The notes under the pieces are model-generated. The model saw only the letters and a list, made by a program, of their open reading frames with translations. It was not told where the DNA came from and ran no database searches. The position numbers were made by a program, and so were the translations under genes. Below, piece by piece: positions 63,135 through 64,000 of a stretch of DNA of 64,000 bases (positions within the stretch are counted from its first letter, which is position 1; the number at the start of each line of letters is the position of its first letter). This DNA is from Nocardia sp. (lineage in GTDB: Bacteria > Actinomycetota > Actinomycetes > Mycobacteriales > Mycobacteriaceae), in NCBI RefSeq assembly GCF_025465275.1, contig NZ_JAODNK010000049.1:61642-125641 (forward strand). The letters are read 5' to 3'.

Positions 63135-63340
63135 AACGGCCTTCTCATTTTAGGAGCGACCGGTCGGCGACGCTCACGGGCGATTTTGTTAGTTACTTCA
63201 CTACTGCCCGAATATGCTCTCCCGGTTTGATCAACAGCAGTACATCGCCTAGTCTGATGGATAGTTGAACACCCGGCCGCCCACGGAAGTGTGGTCGTCA
63301 AAGCGACACTTCGTGTCCAGGACGGTGGGGCATTCCAGAT

Positions 63341-64000
63341 ATGGAAAGCAGCGAGCTGCGGCAAATCGACATCGAACTCGAGCCGAGTTTCCCCGATATG
63401 CATATTTCGGTAGTCGACAGATCTTGGCGAATTCTGATAGCGGCAAGTTCCGGAGACTGCGGTGGTCTCGCCCGAGAGCTGCCGAGATTCGGTCATCAGG
63501 TGGCCACGGTGGATACCGGAAGAATGGCTATGAAGCTGTTCGATCGCGCCGATCTACTGCTGCTCGATCCGGATCTGCCGGATTTCGACGGCTTTGCGGT
63601 CTGTCGCTCGATTCGCGCCCGGCATGCGCTGCCGATCATTGTGGTCACCGACCGAACCTCCGAACTCGATTGTGTCCTCGGACTGCGTTCGGGTGCGGAC
63701 GACTATCTGGCCCGGCCCTTCGGCATTCGGGAACTCGTCGCGAGAATCGATTCGGTCATGCGGCGCGCGTGCCCGGACCCCGCCGAGGAAGAACCGTCTG
63801 TCACCCGGTGCGGCGCACTGCGCATCGACGATGCGACCCGCGAGGTCGCCGTAGGCGGTAGACCTGTGGCGCTGACCAGGAAAGAATTCGATCTGCTGTG
63901 CCTACTGTCCCGGCGGCCCGGAGTTGTGGTGCCGCGGCAGCAGATTCTGCGTGAGGTGTGGGACGGATCGTGGTCACAGCACACCGTGGACACCCATGTC
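63341..64000 (+). CDS. OmpR-family response regulator, atypical receiver (3' truncated by the window)
   Basis: Hand translation ...RILIAASSG...LLLLDPDLPDFDGFAVC...GADDYLARPFGIRELVARI...LTRKEFDLL...VW...TVDTHV. Start at 63341 or 63398. Confidence 0.88.
   Translation, partial: MESSELRQIDIELEPSFPDMHISVVDRSWRILIAASSGDCGGLARELPRFGHQVATVDTGRMAMKLFDRADLLLLDPDLPDFDGFAVCRSIRARHALPIIVVTDRTSELDCVLGLRSGADDYLARPFGIRELVARIDSVMRRACPDPAEEEPSVTRCGALRIDDATREVAVGGRPVALTRKEFDLLCLLSRRPGVVVPRQQILREVWDGSWSQHTVDTHV

Overview
High-GC actinobacterial chromosome segment, most likely Nocardia. This is an inference from the MspA-family NfpA/NfpB-type porin pairs, the Corynebacteriales core synteny and the repeat types. 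A conserved backbone runs M23 peptidase / sucC-sucD / DUF5336 / perM / purN-purH / Zn-independent ribosomal protein cluster with two Zur-like boxes / mprA-mprB-pepD-moaB / mscL / SAF / FmdB / 5-formyl-THF cyclo-ligase / galU-moeA-rimJ-sepX. Accessory material is interleaved: a bulb-lectin-LysM gene, an orphan phage-endolysin-like DUF1906 gene, a conservon (cvnABCD) with a degenerate MHYT gene, a duplicated two-gene porin cassette, and a Tat-exported purple acid phosphatase. After sepX the window is largely accessory. It holds a plasmid-type parA plus partner gene with four 11-bp phased repeats upstream, a DUF222-HNH (13E12-type) element with elaborate flanking repeats and a ~560-nt foldback, a pseudogene, geosmin synthase, several hydrolases and oxygenases, small stress proteins, slyD and a truncated atypical response regulator. 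I found no rRNA, tRNA or canonical CRISPR array. All product calls come from motif recognition by eye, with no database searches. The best candidates for undescribed systems are the parA/partner/phased-repeat module (39682-41569) and the DUF222-HNH locus with its non-coding repeat architecture (46134-49221).
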